IMG/VR virus record: IMGVR_UViG_3300025694_000005
Span: 1 to 59,799 of that record
Reading direction: 5' to 3' (one strand)
DNA from: a virus
Lineage: Duplodnaviria > Caudoviricetes
DNA: 59,799 bases
Shown: in pieces, positions 7,619 through 15,199 of the stretch
Numbering within the stretch: position 1 is the stretch's first letter
Layout: each line of letters opens with the position of its first letter
The notes under the pieces: model-generated
What the model was told of the DNA's origin: nothing
Databases searched by the model: none
The model's input: the letters and a program-made list of their open reading frames with translations, nothing else
Position numbers and translations under genes: made by a program

Positions 7619-8120
7619 CACCGAGTCCTTTTTCCTTTTCTTCCGTCGTTTCATCCACGGACGGTTCCAGTTCCTCATTTGCTGCCCAAGCTGCTTTTGC
7701 TTCATTGCCAATCAAACCTTCGAAAGGACAAGGAGTTCCAGCCATTAGCATTGCGTCGAATACTCGTTCATCCTGACACAGTGTAGATACTGCTGCAACT
7801 TTCATTCCCATATCATACAGAGTTTTCGAAAGTTTTAACCGCTCACAGTTTGAATCAGTTATCTGAGAACCCATAGAGATACCCAGAATCTGCGTCTGAA
7901 CAGCCCCCGCAACTCCAAAAGTACACAAATCGCTGTTTGAAGTGTTGATAGTAGGCGTAATAGCAGACGCAGGAGGGGCTCTTAAAGTTGTTGATGTATC
8001 TGATCTTGTAGTAACCGTACTATTAGTAGTAGAGTCAGTACGAATAGTATTGTCCTCAATAATCGGGGCTTCTTCCGCAAATACGGGGAAGGCTAGTAGT
8101 AACAGTAAAATTCTTATCAT
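7554..8120 (-). CDS. secreted Cys-containing protein with C-terminal membrane anchor
   Basis: Signal peptide MIRILLLLLAFPVFA; four Cys; ends GVVSLLLLLVL. Confidence 0.75.
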   Translation of the reverse strand: MIRILLLLLAFPVFAEEAPIIEDNTIRTDSTTNSTVTTRSDTSTTLRAPPASAITPTINTSNSDLCTFGVAGAVQTQILGISMGSQITDSNCERLKLSKTLYDMGMKVAAVSTLCQDERVFDAMLMAGTPCPFEGLIGNEAKAAWAANEELEPSVDETTEEKEKGLGDGTKTLMGSAGVVSLLLLLVL

Positions 8121-8843
8121 TTATTGGTCTCTTAAATAGTTATGTAAAACTATATCAAAATTAATAGTACAAATACTGTTTCCGCTACTGCCTGTAGCAC
8201 GAAAATCAATATCAGTTCGTGGGGGTAATTCCAACGGTACACTAAATTCTTGTCTCTGAACGCTTTGATAGATATCCATCTCACTTTTTATACGAAAAGC
8301 CCCTGTAGCTTTTTCTCTTACATAAAGCTCTATAAGAGCATCATCTAGTTTACCTACGCCAGCCGTATACGAGACCAAATAGCCAATACACCCTTCAGGA
8401 ACTGTATAAACCCCTAACAATGTTTGAGCTTTACCCACTGGAATTTGTGCAACGACTGTTCCTGCGTGGCTTACCGTCTTCGCGGAAATAACCCCAGTAT
8501 TTGTCTCGCTATAAGTCATTCTATAAACCCTGCGAAAAGTGAGGGTAGTAGCAACTTCAGAAGGGCTTCCACCCAGATCCACAGTTTCTTTTTGTGTCTT
8601 CCAACTTGCTCCCAGACCTTCTATAGTAATATTTCCACCATCCGCTGCATCAGAACTAGAAACATAAATTATTTCGGGATTAGTTAAAGCGCTCCATGGA
8701 TATAGACCTCCGGCAGACCAAATACTTTCCGCAGATCCTCCTATTGCCGAATTCGATCCAAACTTATGAACATGAGTCCAAAATTTCCCATCAGTTCGTT
8801 TTTTAGTAGCAGAGAAACCGTTTATTCCTAGTATCATTACCAT
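8121..8843 (-). CDS. hypothetical phage protein (beta-rich, possibly virion-associated)
   Basis: 240 aa packed ORF, G/S/T-rich. Confidence 0.65.
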   Translation of the reverse strand: MVMILGINGFSATKKRTDGKFWTHVHKFGSNSAIGGSAESIWSAGGLYPWSALTNPEIIYVSSSDAADGGNITIEGLGASWKTQKETVDLGGSPSEVATTLTFRRVYRMTYSETNTGVISAKTVSHAGTVVAQIPVGKAQTLLGVYTVPEGCIGYLVSYTAGVGKLDDALIELYVREKATGAFRIKSEMDIYQSVQRQEFSVPLELPPRTDIDFRATGSSGNSICTINFDIVLHNYLRDQ

Positions 8844-9145
8844 TTCACCTTATTGGCCCAGTACGCTGCGGACAACTTCCCTCTGGCGATGTTAGCTGCA
8901 TGACGGGCTTTAAATGAACGACGACGAGCAGCAGCTGCCTTGGACTCACCCGCTTTCTTGGGAGAACCTGAGACACCTTGCTGACCGAATCGAATTGTTT
9001 TTACCTTGCCGCCAGCTTTTGCTACGACAACATGGGATTTTTTGGGATGCTTGGGAGTTCTTTTTGGTTTATTGAAACCAGAAACTCCTGCTCTTTTAAG
9101 GCGGGGATCTTTCTTTCTAACGCTTCTTCGTTTTTTTGCTGCCAC
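8837..9145 (-). CDS. highly basic conserved phage protein
   Basis: KTIRFGQQG...SFKARH...SAAYWANKVKW. Confidence 0.75.
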   Translation of the reverse strand: MAAKKRRSVRKKDPRLKRAGVSGFNKPKRTPKHPKKSHVVVAKAGGKVKTIRFGQQGVSGSPKKAGESKAAAARRRSFKARHAANIARGKLSAAYWANKVKW

Positions 9146-9281
9146 TTTTCTTTCTCTTCTTCTTAAACCCTGCTTTCATCAGGGAATAAGCTTTGGGCGA
9201 GATAGTAGACTTTTTCTTCGTTCTACTAGTACCCTTCTTTTTTCGGCGGTTTATATTTGCATACAATCCACGAGCAGCCAT
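9117..9281 (-). CDS. very basic small protein (54 aa), not in ORF track
   Basis: MAARGLYANINRRKKKGTSRTKKKSTISPKAYSLMKAGFKKKRKKSGSKKTKKR; TAATG coupling. Confidence 0.7.
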   Translation of the reverse strand: MAARGLYANINRRKKKGTSRTKKKSTISPKAYSLMKAGFKKKRKKSGSKKTKKR

Positions 9282-9409
9282 TATTTACGTTTCTTCTTTG
9301 ATTTTTTCTTTTTCTTCATGTTCTTCATGAAAGACATTGGCAGCTTTTGCTTACCTTTTTTGGCGGGACGACCTCTTTTTTTACCGTAAGTACCTTTTCC
9401 TGCTGGCAT
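9281..9409 (-). CDS. very basic AT-hook peptide (42 aa), not in ORF track
   Basis: MPAGKGTYGKKRGRPAKKGKQKLPMSFMKNMKKKKKSKKKRK; GGAG RBS. Confidence 0.7.
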   Translation of the reverse strand: MPAGKGTYGKKRGRPAKKGKQKLPMSFMKNMKKKKKSKKKRK

Positions 9410-9546
9410 GTATAAACTCCGTTTATAAAGCTCTGCGCAACCATTGGCGCAATACATTTACCACATTTTGAACCCACCTTATCAATAAGGGACGGGTCTC
9501 TTTCTAAGTCTTTAGTTGATATATTATTGCAAATACATACATACAT
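9325..9546 (-). CDS. Bfd-like [2Fe-2S] ferredoxin
   Basis: MYVCICN...CGKC; GAGG RBS. Confidence 0.75.
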   Translation of the reverse strand: MYVCICNNISTKDLERDPSLIDKVGSKCGKCIAPMVAQSFINGVYTCQQEKVLTVKKEVVPPKKVSKSCQCLS

Positions 9547-9560
9547 AAAGACCTCTAAAA

Positions 9561-10066
9561 TAGGCGGGGGCGCGTTACGCTTTAAGGCTGATTGCTCACC
9601 CCCAGGTGTTCGATGAGGTGTAGTGCTTCTTCGGGGAAGTCTTATCTACTCCATGACAGTTTGCCTCATCTCAGAAATAGTGGCCTTTTATTATCAGGAA
9701 AAAAGCCTTAAAACCTACACCCGGATTAGATCCTTTTGATTAACGTGGCGTGCATACACGGAGATGGTCTACGAGTTCTCTTCTCGGCAGGGGTTTATGT
9801 TTTAACGTCGTCTCTAGCCTGAAAGACTCGACGTGCCCATAGGAATCGGTACCAGTTTATGGGGCAACGGGGTCATTAGCTCCCCAAGGGCAGTTTATAT
9901 CCGCATCGGACTGCCTGCCGAAGAGTCACTTATCGTAGCAACTACGCCGTCTAACTAGGAGGAAGTTAGAATCCTCCACTCATTTACGCCTGAGGGGTAT
10001 GGGCGATACTCCAAATAACTAGGGGGTATCTCTAGTGGATTTTTAAAGAGCTTCCTCTCTTTTATG
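9561..10066 (-). ncRNA. candidate large structured ncRNA (~500 nt), class unknown
   Basis: GC-richer, ORF-free; own promoter and boxA; many nested helices and candidate pseudoknots (see findings). Confidence 0.75.
10041..10051 (-). promoter_or_regulatory. boxA-like antitermination element
   Basis: GCTCTTTAAAA versus rrn boxA TGCTCTTTAACA, ~15 nt after the predicted TSS. Confidence 0.6.
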
Positions 10067-10072
10067 AATACA

Positions 10073-10101
10073 ATTATAACGGTAAATAGGTTAAGTGTCA
10101 A
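10073..10101 (-). promoter_or_regulatory. sigma70 promoter
   Basis: TTGACA-N17-TATAAT with AAAAAATAG UP element. Confidence 0.9.
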
Positions 10102-10114
10102 GAACTATTTTTTA

Positions 10115-10300
10115 TTAACTGTCGAAAAAATCATCATAATTTGGGTAAGGTATCTCAAACTCAAACATTTCTCCAATATCATTTGTTACGGTATAAGTAA
10201 AAGTAGCAGTGTCAAAACTGTCATTTACTACTACAGAGATTGCTCTCTGTTTAGCTTTCTTATACTTTGCGAAATCAATAATATTAGAAGTAGTCTTCAT
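10115..10300 (-). CDS. hypothetical protein
   Basis: 61 aa, NIIDFAKYK motif. Confidence 0.6.
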   Translation of the reverse strand: MKTTSNIIDFAKYKKAKQRAISVVVNDSFDTATFTYTVTNDIGEMFEFEIPYPNYDDFFDS

Positions 10301-10541
10301 CAGTTCCGAATCCTGCGGAGGCTAATGCGTCTCCGTCCCAATCAAATAAATCATTGTCTCCATCATTGTAACCTTCTTCAATACGAATTTCGTTTACAAT
10401 AACTTGTTGGACTAACTCCCACGCATAATCTGCGCTAATTGAAAGCTGAACAGAAATTTCTGCTGCCATCTCTTCAGGTTCTTCGTCCCACATTGCTAAA
10501 ACAATGCTTTCTGCTTCCTGATACAACCTATCCATCATCAT
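10284..10541 (-). CDS. acidic hypothetical phage protein
   Basis: C-terminal DGDALASAGFGTDEDY motif. Confidence 0.7.
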   Translation of the reverse strand: MMMDRLYQEAESIVLAMWDEEPEEMAAEISVQLSISADYAWELVQQVIVNEIRIEEGYNDGDNDLFDWDGDALASAGFGTDEDYF

Positions 10542-10915
10542 ACTTGTTTCTCTTTGTAATCCTTTATCGCAGCTTTTATAGCATCTTCTGCTAATACGCT
10601 ACAATGAATCTTAACAGGTGGAAGTGCAAGTTCATTAGCTAAGTCCGTATTTTTTATATTACCCGCCTCTTCTAAGCTCTTACCCTTTACCCACTCACTT
10701 AATAGTGAGCTGGAAGCAATAGCGCTTCCACACCCATAAGTTTTAAATTTAGCGTCTAAGATAATATTATCTTCTACGTCTATCTGTAGAACCATTACGT
10801 CACCGCACGAAGGCGCACCCACTAAGCCCGTGCCAACAGTCTGGGAATCTTTGTCGAGTTTTCCCACATTCCGTGGGTTTTCATAATGATCCATAACCTG
10901 TTCGCTGTATGCCAC
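10538..10915 (-). CDS. iscU: Fe-S cluster scaffold IscU
   Basis: YSEQVMDHYENPRNVG, CGD, GCGSAIASSS and LPPVKIHC. Confidence 0.95.
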   Translation of the reverse strand: MAYSEQVMDHYENPRNVGKLDKDSQTVGTGLVGAPSCGDVMVLQIDVEDNIILDAKFKTYGCGSAIASSSLLSEWVKGKSLEEAGNIKNTDLANELALPPVKIHCSVLAEDAIKAAIKDYKEKQV

Positions 10916-11194
10916 TTAGTCCTCTCCTTCTCGAAGGTTTAACTCTTTCAAGTATTCGCCTCCCTCTACGGTGGTTTCGTGTGCTCTTTCCCACCTTTTA
11001 ATATTTTCTCGTATTCCATAGCACATTACAGAGTTAACATTACGAAAAGCAAAATCATCCAACTCTTTCATTTCCTCTCTACTGAGCTGTGCTAACTTTT
11101 TATCGTAGTTCAGCTCAATAAATTCAAGGCACACCATAACAAGCTTATCTTGTATATGTCTTTCCTTGGCTCTAAATAGCGGTGTATGAATCAC
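10916..11194 (-). CDS. hypothetical protein
   Basis: Packed ORF. Confidence 0.6.
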   Translation of the reverse strand: MIHTPLFRAKERHIQDKLVMVCLEFIELNYDKKLAQLSREEMKELDDFAFRNVNSVMCYGIRENIKRWERAHETTVEGGEYLKELNLREGED

Positions 11195-11469
11195 TTACCA
11201 ATATCCTTAATGTTATCTTTGCCAATTACCATGTAACCACCTTTATTATAGGCGATTGCTACAGTATAATTCTTACTTTCCTCCCGCTTGTACGAAACAT
11301 CCGCTGGTGGCTTATACTTCGTCATAGGAGCAGAAGGATAGTATTTATCCTCTCGACCTACTAACAAAGGCTTGGAAGCGGGGCGAAACACTGGTTCGGT
11401 CTTCCGAGTCCTTTTCACACTACGCTTCCTACCTGAGTAAGAATAATCAATACTTCCTGAAATTATCAT
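11191..11469 (-). CDS. hypothetical phage protein
   Basis: C-terminal VAIAYNKGGYMVI...IKDIGK motif. Confidence 0.7.
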   Translation of the reverse strand: MIISGSIDYSYSGRKRSVKRTRKTEPVFRPASKPLLVGREDKYYPSAPMTKYKPPADVSYKREESKNYTVAIAYNKGGYMVIGKDNIKDIGK

Positions 11470-11492
11470 AGTTTTCCCTCTTTTGAAATATA

Positions 11493-11521
11493 ATTATACT
11501 GGCAAAGAGGATTCTTGTCAA
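11493..11521 (-). promoter_or_regulatory. sigma70 promoter
   Basis: TTGACA-N17-TATAAT. Confidence 0.9.
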
Positions 11522-11766
11522 GAATTATTTTCCTGATGTAGTGCTTTTAATACTTCTGCCCACTGTTCCTCTGTAACACCTGCGTGATGGCCCGGAGCTG
11601 TTACCTTTTTCCATACTGGAAGTTCGCCCGACGGGGCTGTATTCACATAGCCGTCAGACGTTATCTTGAGTTCTTCTCCTTCTCGCCCACGTTCTTCGTT
11701 ACCGTCTGCATTCAGTTCGGTTAACGCCTGCTGAAGTAGTCTATAGTTCGGATTCGACATGTGCAA
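11518..11766 (-). CDS. hypothetical protein
   Basis: Packed ORF. Confidence 0.6.
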   Translation of the reverse strand: MHMSNPNYRLLQQALTELNADGNEERGREGEELKITSDGYVNTAPSGELPVWKKVTAPGHHAGVTEEQWAEVLKALHQENNS

Positions 11767-12037
11767 TCACCAGATCAAAAGCTTCTTGTAAGTCGTAAAG
11801 CTCTTCTTCTGCGGAAGGGTCAGTACCCTCAGCGCAAACTGCTTCTAGTTTTATAGCGACCATTGTTCGACGTTCAAACAACTCATCTGTAAATTCATCA
11901 TTTACAGACATTTCACAAGCCTTGAAAAACTTACGCAGTTTATGTCGTACATCAGCGTCATTCTTACTATCAAAGTCAAAAGAGATAGACTCATCGTTAT
12001 GGTCTCGATCTCTCATACTAAAATTAAAATTTCTCAT
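11741..12037 (-). CDS. hypothetical protein
   Basis: GAGGAG RBS, packed ORF. Confidence 0.65.
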   Translation of the reverse strand: MRNFNFSMRDRDHNDESISFDFDSKNDADVRHKLRKFFKACEMSVNDEFTDELFERRTMVAIKLEAVCAEGTDPSAEEELYDLQEAFDLVIAHVESEL

Positions 12038-12237
12038 AGCGCTACTCCTCGTTTTGCTAGTTCGTTTCGTGCCTTCGCACGGGTTTTCCTTTCACCCCGA
12101 CGTAAATCAGAGTCAGATTTTGTGCACAGTTCTACAAGCTCTGAAGTTTTCACTCCCGCAATTGGGAATACTTTCTTCGTCTTTACTTTCGTAGCTCGAT
12201 CCACAACAATTTCATTAGGCTTGAATTTTACTGACAT
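12034..12237 (-). CDS. basic hypothetical protein
   Basis: Likely start MSVKF, because the longer start collides with the promoter -10. Confidence 0.65.
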   Translation of the reverse strand: MSVKFKPNEIVVDRATKVKTKKVFPIAGVKTSELVELCTKSDSDLRRGERKTRAKARNELAKRGVAL

Positions 12238-12273
12238 TTTATATTTTTCCTTTGTTTCTTTTAAGATGTGCAT

Positions 12274-12302
12274 ATTATACGGGCTAAAGCTTCTTGTGTC
12301 AA
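12274..12302 (-). promoter_or_regulatory. sigma70 promoter
   Basis: TTGACA-N17-TATAAT. Confidence 0.85.
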
Positions 12303-12309
12303 ATACTAT

Positions 12310-13137
12310 TTACTTCTTTGAAACGTAGAATTTTCCAAGTTGATCTTCACCATCATAATCAAAAAACTCTATTGAAAAATAATTCTGAATTTTTTTATGC
12401 CACCATTCTACAGGTTTGATAATTAAATGAGCATTTCTTCCGTCGGGTAACTTTTTTATCGCAGGTCTACAGGAAATACAAAAATATCCTTTATCTAAAG
12501 TTACTCTTACCAAATCTTCTAGTACATTTTGTAGGTACAGAGGCTCTATATGTTCCAGAACATCTAAACATATAACAAACTCTTTAGGGATATTATTATT
12601 TTCTTTAGACAGAATCCCAGGGTCGTACTCAGTAATTTCAAAGGAAATGCTATCATCTCTTTCTAATAATTTTCTTTGGAAAGATCCTTTTCCAGAACCA
12701 TAATCTAGTATTTCTTTTACTGGTGTGTCTTTTAATAAAGACAAAACCTCATCAATTCTAGCATAAGGGCAGGAGCCCCAACCTTGATCAGTATTGTGTA
12801 AGGTTTTAAGTTGTTGTTCATACTCTGGAGAGTAAAGAGTTATAGAAGTATCTTGTACTTCTCTTTCTACAGAAGGTGCTATTGCAACTAACTTATCAGG
12901 AACTTTTTCAGTATTTCCCTTATAATTTATCTCTAGATCGATTAAGAGTTCGGCATAGTGAATAACTTTTCGCAAGTCATCAATACCACCCTTATCACGC
13001 CAGCGAGTAATATACTTTACTATACAACCTTCAGAGAAAGTAAGTCCATTTCTCTCCGCAAACTCCGTAGGTTGAATAGCATACTTCTTATAGTGGTCTC
13101 CACCAATCTGCCTGTCCCACGCGCTCATACATTCCAC
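12310..13137 (-). CDS. DUF3310 (SaV-like) domain fused to a class I SAM methyltransferase
   Basis: QIGGDHY...GCIVKYITRWRDKGGIDDLRK, then ILDYGSGKG and ICLDVLEHI. Confidence 0.85.
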   Translation of the reverse strand: MECMSAWDRQIGGDHYKKYAIQPTEFAERNGLTFSEGCIVKYITRWRDKGGIDDLRKVIHYAELLIDLEINYKGNTEKVPDKLVAIAPSVEREVQDTSITLYSPEYEQQLKTLHNTDQGWGSCPYARIDEVLSLLKDTPVKEILDYGSGKGSFQRKLLERDDSISFEITEYDPGILSKENNNIPKEFVICLDVLEHIEPLYLQNVLEDLVRVTLDKGYFCISCRPAIKKLPDGRNAHLIIKPVEWWHKKIQNYFSIEFFDYDGEDQLGKFYVSKK

Positions 13138-13328
13138 TCCTTTTGTTCTTCAATAGCCATTTGACACATTTGTATGTAGTCTTTATCCGCTTCATCTAAT
13201 ATAGACCAAAACCTACTTACTTCGAGAGTAAGATCGTAGGCCGCTTCTTCATTCTCCAGGTGTTGATTGCTTTCCATCATCTCCTGGAGCTTGTCCATTC
13301 TGTGATTGATTTTCTGTTTCAGTCTCAT
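13125..13328 (-). CDS. hypothetical protein
   Basis: 67 aa packed ORF. Confidence 0.6.
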   Translation of the reverse strand: MRLKQKINHRMDKLQEMMESNQHLENEEAAYDLTLEVSRFWSILDEADKDYIQMCQMAIEEQKEWNV

Positions 13329-13704
13329 AAGTAGTGGCCTTTTTATAGTATAGAATAATTTCTTTTGTTTCTTTAAAGTATCTGCGCAACTCTTGTAAAT
13401 TTTCGGACATCTTCTCGTACCCGTCTGGCGTCAGAGCAAATACTACAAACTGTCCATCAAGCATCTTTTCAATCTCTGCTCGTTTCTCCTGATAGTTTTC
13501 TTCAGTTATTATCCAGAAGTTAACATCGAGCATGTCTATTTCACGAGGCAGAGGCGGCTGATAAATACGAATAGGAACTGTCTCTATTTTAGTAATTACA
13601 ACAGGCTCCGGCATTACATATGGTGGTGGCATGTCTTTACCACCAAACCAAGAACATCCACTAACAAGTAGTAATGATGCTATACTAATCGTCCGCATTT
13701 TCAA
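13249..13704 (-). CDS. o-spanin-like lipoprotein
   Basis: Lipobox LLVSGC, Pro-rich linker, follows i-spanin and endolysin. Confidence 0.75.
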   Translation of the reverse strand: MKMRTISIASLLLVSGCSWFGGKDMPPPYVMPEPVVITKIETVPIRIYQPPLPREIDMLDVNFWIITEENYQEKRAEIEKMLDGQFVVFALTPDGYEKMSENLQELRRYFKETKEIILYYKKATTYETETENQSQNGQAPGDDGKQSTPGE

Positions 13705-14104
13705 CCTCCTTTGACTCTTCCTCTATTGTTCTAAAGATACCTGCGGTGGCTTTATTTACTCTTTTTTCAATTAAGCCAGGCTTTGCTCTTGCGAGGCGAG
13801 TAAGATTGTGGTCTTTAAATACTTTCATAAACCTAGACTTCTCCGCTTGTAAAGAGGCTGTTACAGCAGTGAGTTCAGTTACCTGAGCCTGCTGTTCCTC
13901 TCTTCGAGCCTCTAGTTCCGCGACCTTCGTCGCATTGTTTTCGGCCGCTGCCTGTAATACATTGTTGTTCTCTTTTAGAGTACGATTATTAGCTTCTAAC
14001 TGAATGACCGCATTCTCTAACTTTGCAACAGTGACTTGGTGATACGCGTATGCACCACCAGCAGCTCCGACTATACCTAGAACAAGTATGAGTTTAAGAT
14101 ACAT
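13685..14104 (-). CDS. i-spanin-like protein
   Basis: N-terminal TM, coiled coil, AKPGLIEKRVN motif. Confidence 0.75.
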   Translation of the reverse strand: MYLKLILVLGIVGAAGGAYAYHQVTVAKLENAVIQLEANNRTLKENNNVLQAAAENNATKVAELEARREEQQAQVTELTAVTASLQAEKSRFMKVFKDHNLTRLARAKPGLIEKRVNKATAGIFRTIEEESKEVENADD

Positions 14105-14540
14105 TTTCTAGTCGTACCATGAGGCGTTCCGCACGATTCGTCACTTGCTTATGCCAGCGAGAGTCTCGTCCTTCGACAGCAGCCTTCGGCCAATCGCCTT
14201 CCTCTAGTGCAGCGCAGAAGTTCTTAAACTTTGACAAACGAGGACGCCCCATATTGAACATCATGTTTACCACAATTTCTTGAACTTCTCCAGGAAAGTC
14301 ATGCCATTTGGGGCCAAAAAGAACTTCGCACTCATCAATAGATGTGTCCAGATCTTTCTCAAACGCTTCCCAAACTCGCTCCTCTGATACCGACGTACCC
14401 AAGGGCGAACCAAATTCCGAATCGCTCTCAATAACAAGATGACCAACACCAAAAGTAGCCAGGCCAAGATGGTCATTATAGATTTCATACTTGACACCTT
14501 CGTCCTCCTTTAATTGCTCAAACACTTCTTCTCTATTCAT
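14094..14540 (-). CDS. endolysin, T4-lysozyme-like (GH24)
   Basis: DEG...YND...TFGVGH, NMMFNMG and SRWHKQVTNRA. Confidence 0.92.
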   Translation of the reverse strand: MNREEVFEQLKEDEGVKYEIYNDHLGLATFGVGHLVIESDSEFGSPLGTSVSEERVWEAFEKDLDTSIDECEVLFGPKWHDFPGEVQEIVVNMMFNMGRPRLSKFKNFCAALEEGDWPKAAVEGRDSRWHKQVTNRAERLMVRLENVS

Positions 14541-14748
14541 TTATACTCCATTTTTTAATGGTAGACTTTTCAATGTCTTCCCATTCTCTTGCTTCTACAT
14601 CATAAGCAATAAGTTTGTTTGACAAGAGACTAAAATTTACTTTAAATATAGTTTTTAATGTATATGTTTTTGTAATCTCTTTTCCGCTGTTTAAACTTTC
14701 ATACGTTATATCGACATTGCCTTTTCTCAATGCCTCAACAAGTTTCAC
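14533..14748 (-). CDS. hypothetical protein (SH3/WYL-like beta fold possible)
   Basis: 71 aa, YDVEAREWEDI. Confidence 0.55.
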   Translation of the reverse strand: MKLVEALRKGNVDITYESLNSGKEITKTYTLKTIFKVNFSLLSNKLIAYDVEAREWEDIEKSTIKKWSINE

Positions 14749-15077
14749 AAATCTGCTTCCTTTACAAAGATGCCATCAACCATCTTTCCTTTGCGGTCTT
14801 TAATGTCAATCCACGCAGTCTCTAGACAATCCATCATAGAGTATCCATTACGTTCCATAATATTAATAAGCACAACCATAATATCGCCAATGTCGTCTTT
14901 CATGTCTCTGCCCTTACACATATTGTCTGACAGTTCCCCACACTCTTGAATCAACTTACAGAACTGATCTTTATCGGTACTACCATCAATCAAATTGCGG
15001 TCTCTATGCCAGATTCGTATGCGCTCTTGCATAACATCACTGTTTCCTCTTGACTCTCCATTCCAAACATCATTCAT
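14745..15077 (-). CDS. MazG-like nucleotide pyrophosphohydrolase
   Basis: KLIQECGEL...DDIGD...IKDRKGKMVDGIFVK. Confidence 0.88.
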   Translation of the reverse strand: MNDVWNGESRGNSDVMQERIRIWHRDRNLIDGSTDKDQFCKLIQECGELSDNMCKGRDMKDDIGDIMVVLINIMERNGYSMMDCLETAWIDIKDRKGKMVDGIFVKEADL

Positions 15078-15199
15078 AAGTAAGGATTTCCTTGATACAT
15101 TTCAGGGTGTTTGACAAGCATCATACTGCTTTGCCAGTTAGTATATAACAATCCAGCTAGAATTGCTATAGTTAAAATTGTATTTCTAATACGTTTCAT
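15074..15199 (-). CDS. small single-TM protein
   Basis: MKRIRNTILTIAILAGLLY; coupled to the thyX stop. Confidence 0.55.
   Translation of the reverse strand: MKRIRNTILTIAILAGLLYTNWQSSMMLVKHPEMYQGNPYL

Noticed and set aside
7619-7711. Basic N-terminal extension of the 321-aa ORF
   Set aside because: It is an overlap artefact; the ATG at 7618 gives a signal-peptide start.
10049-10060. GAGGAAGCUC as an RNase P CR-I motif
   Set aside because: It lies at the predicted TSS with no room for P1-P3, and no matching CR-V was found. It overlaps the boxA instead.
9561-10066. tRNA, tmRNA or group I intron identity for the large RNA
   Set aside because: No cloverleaf, T-loop or CCA end, no tag frame, no interrupted gene and no recognisable P7 core were seen by eye.
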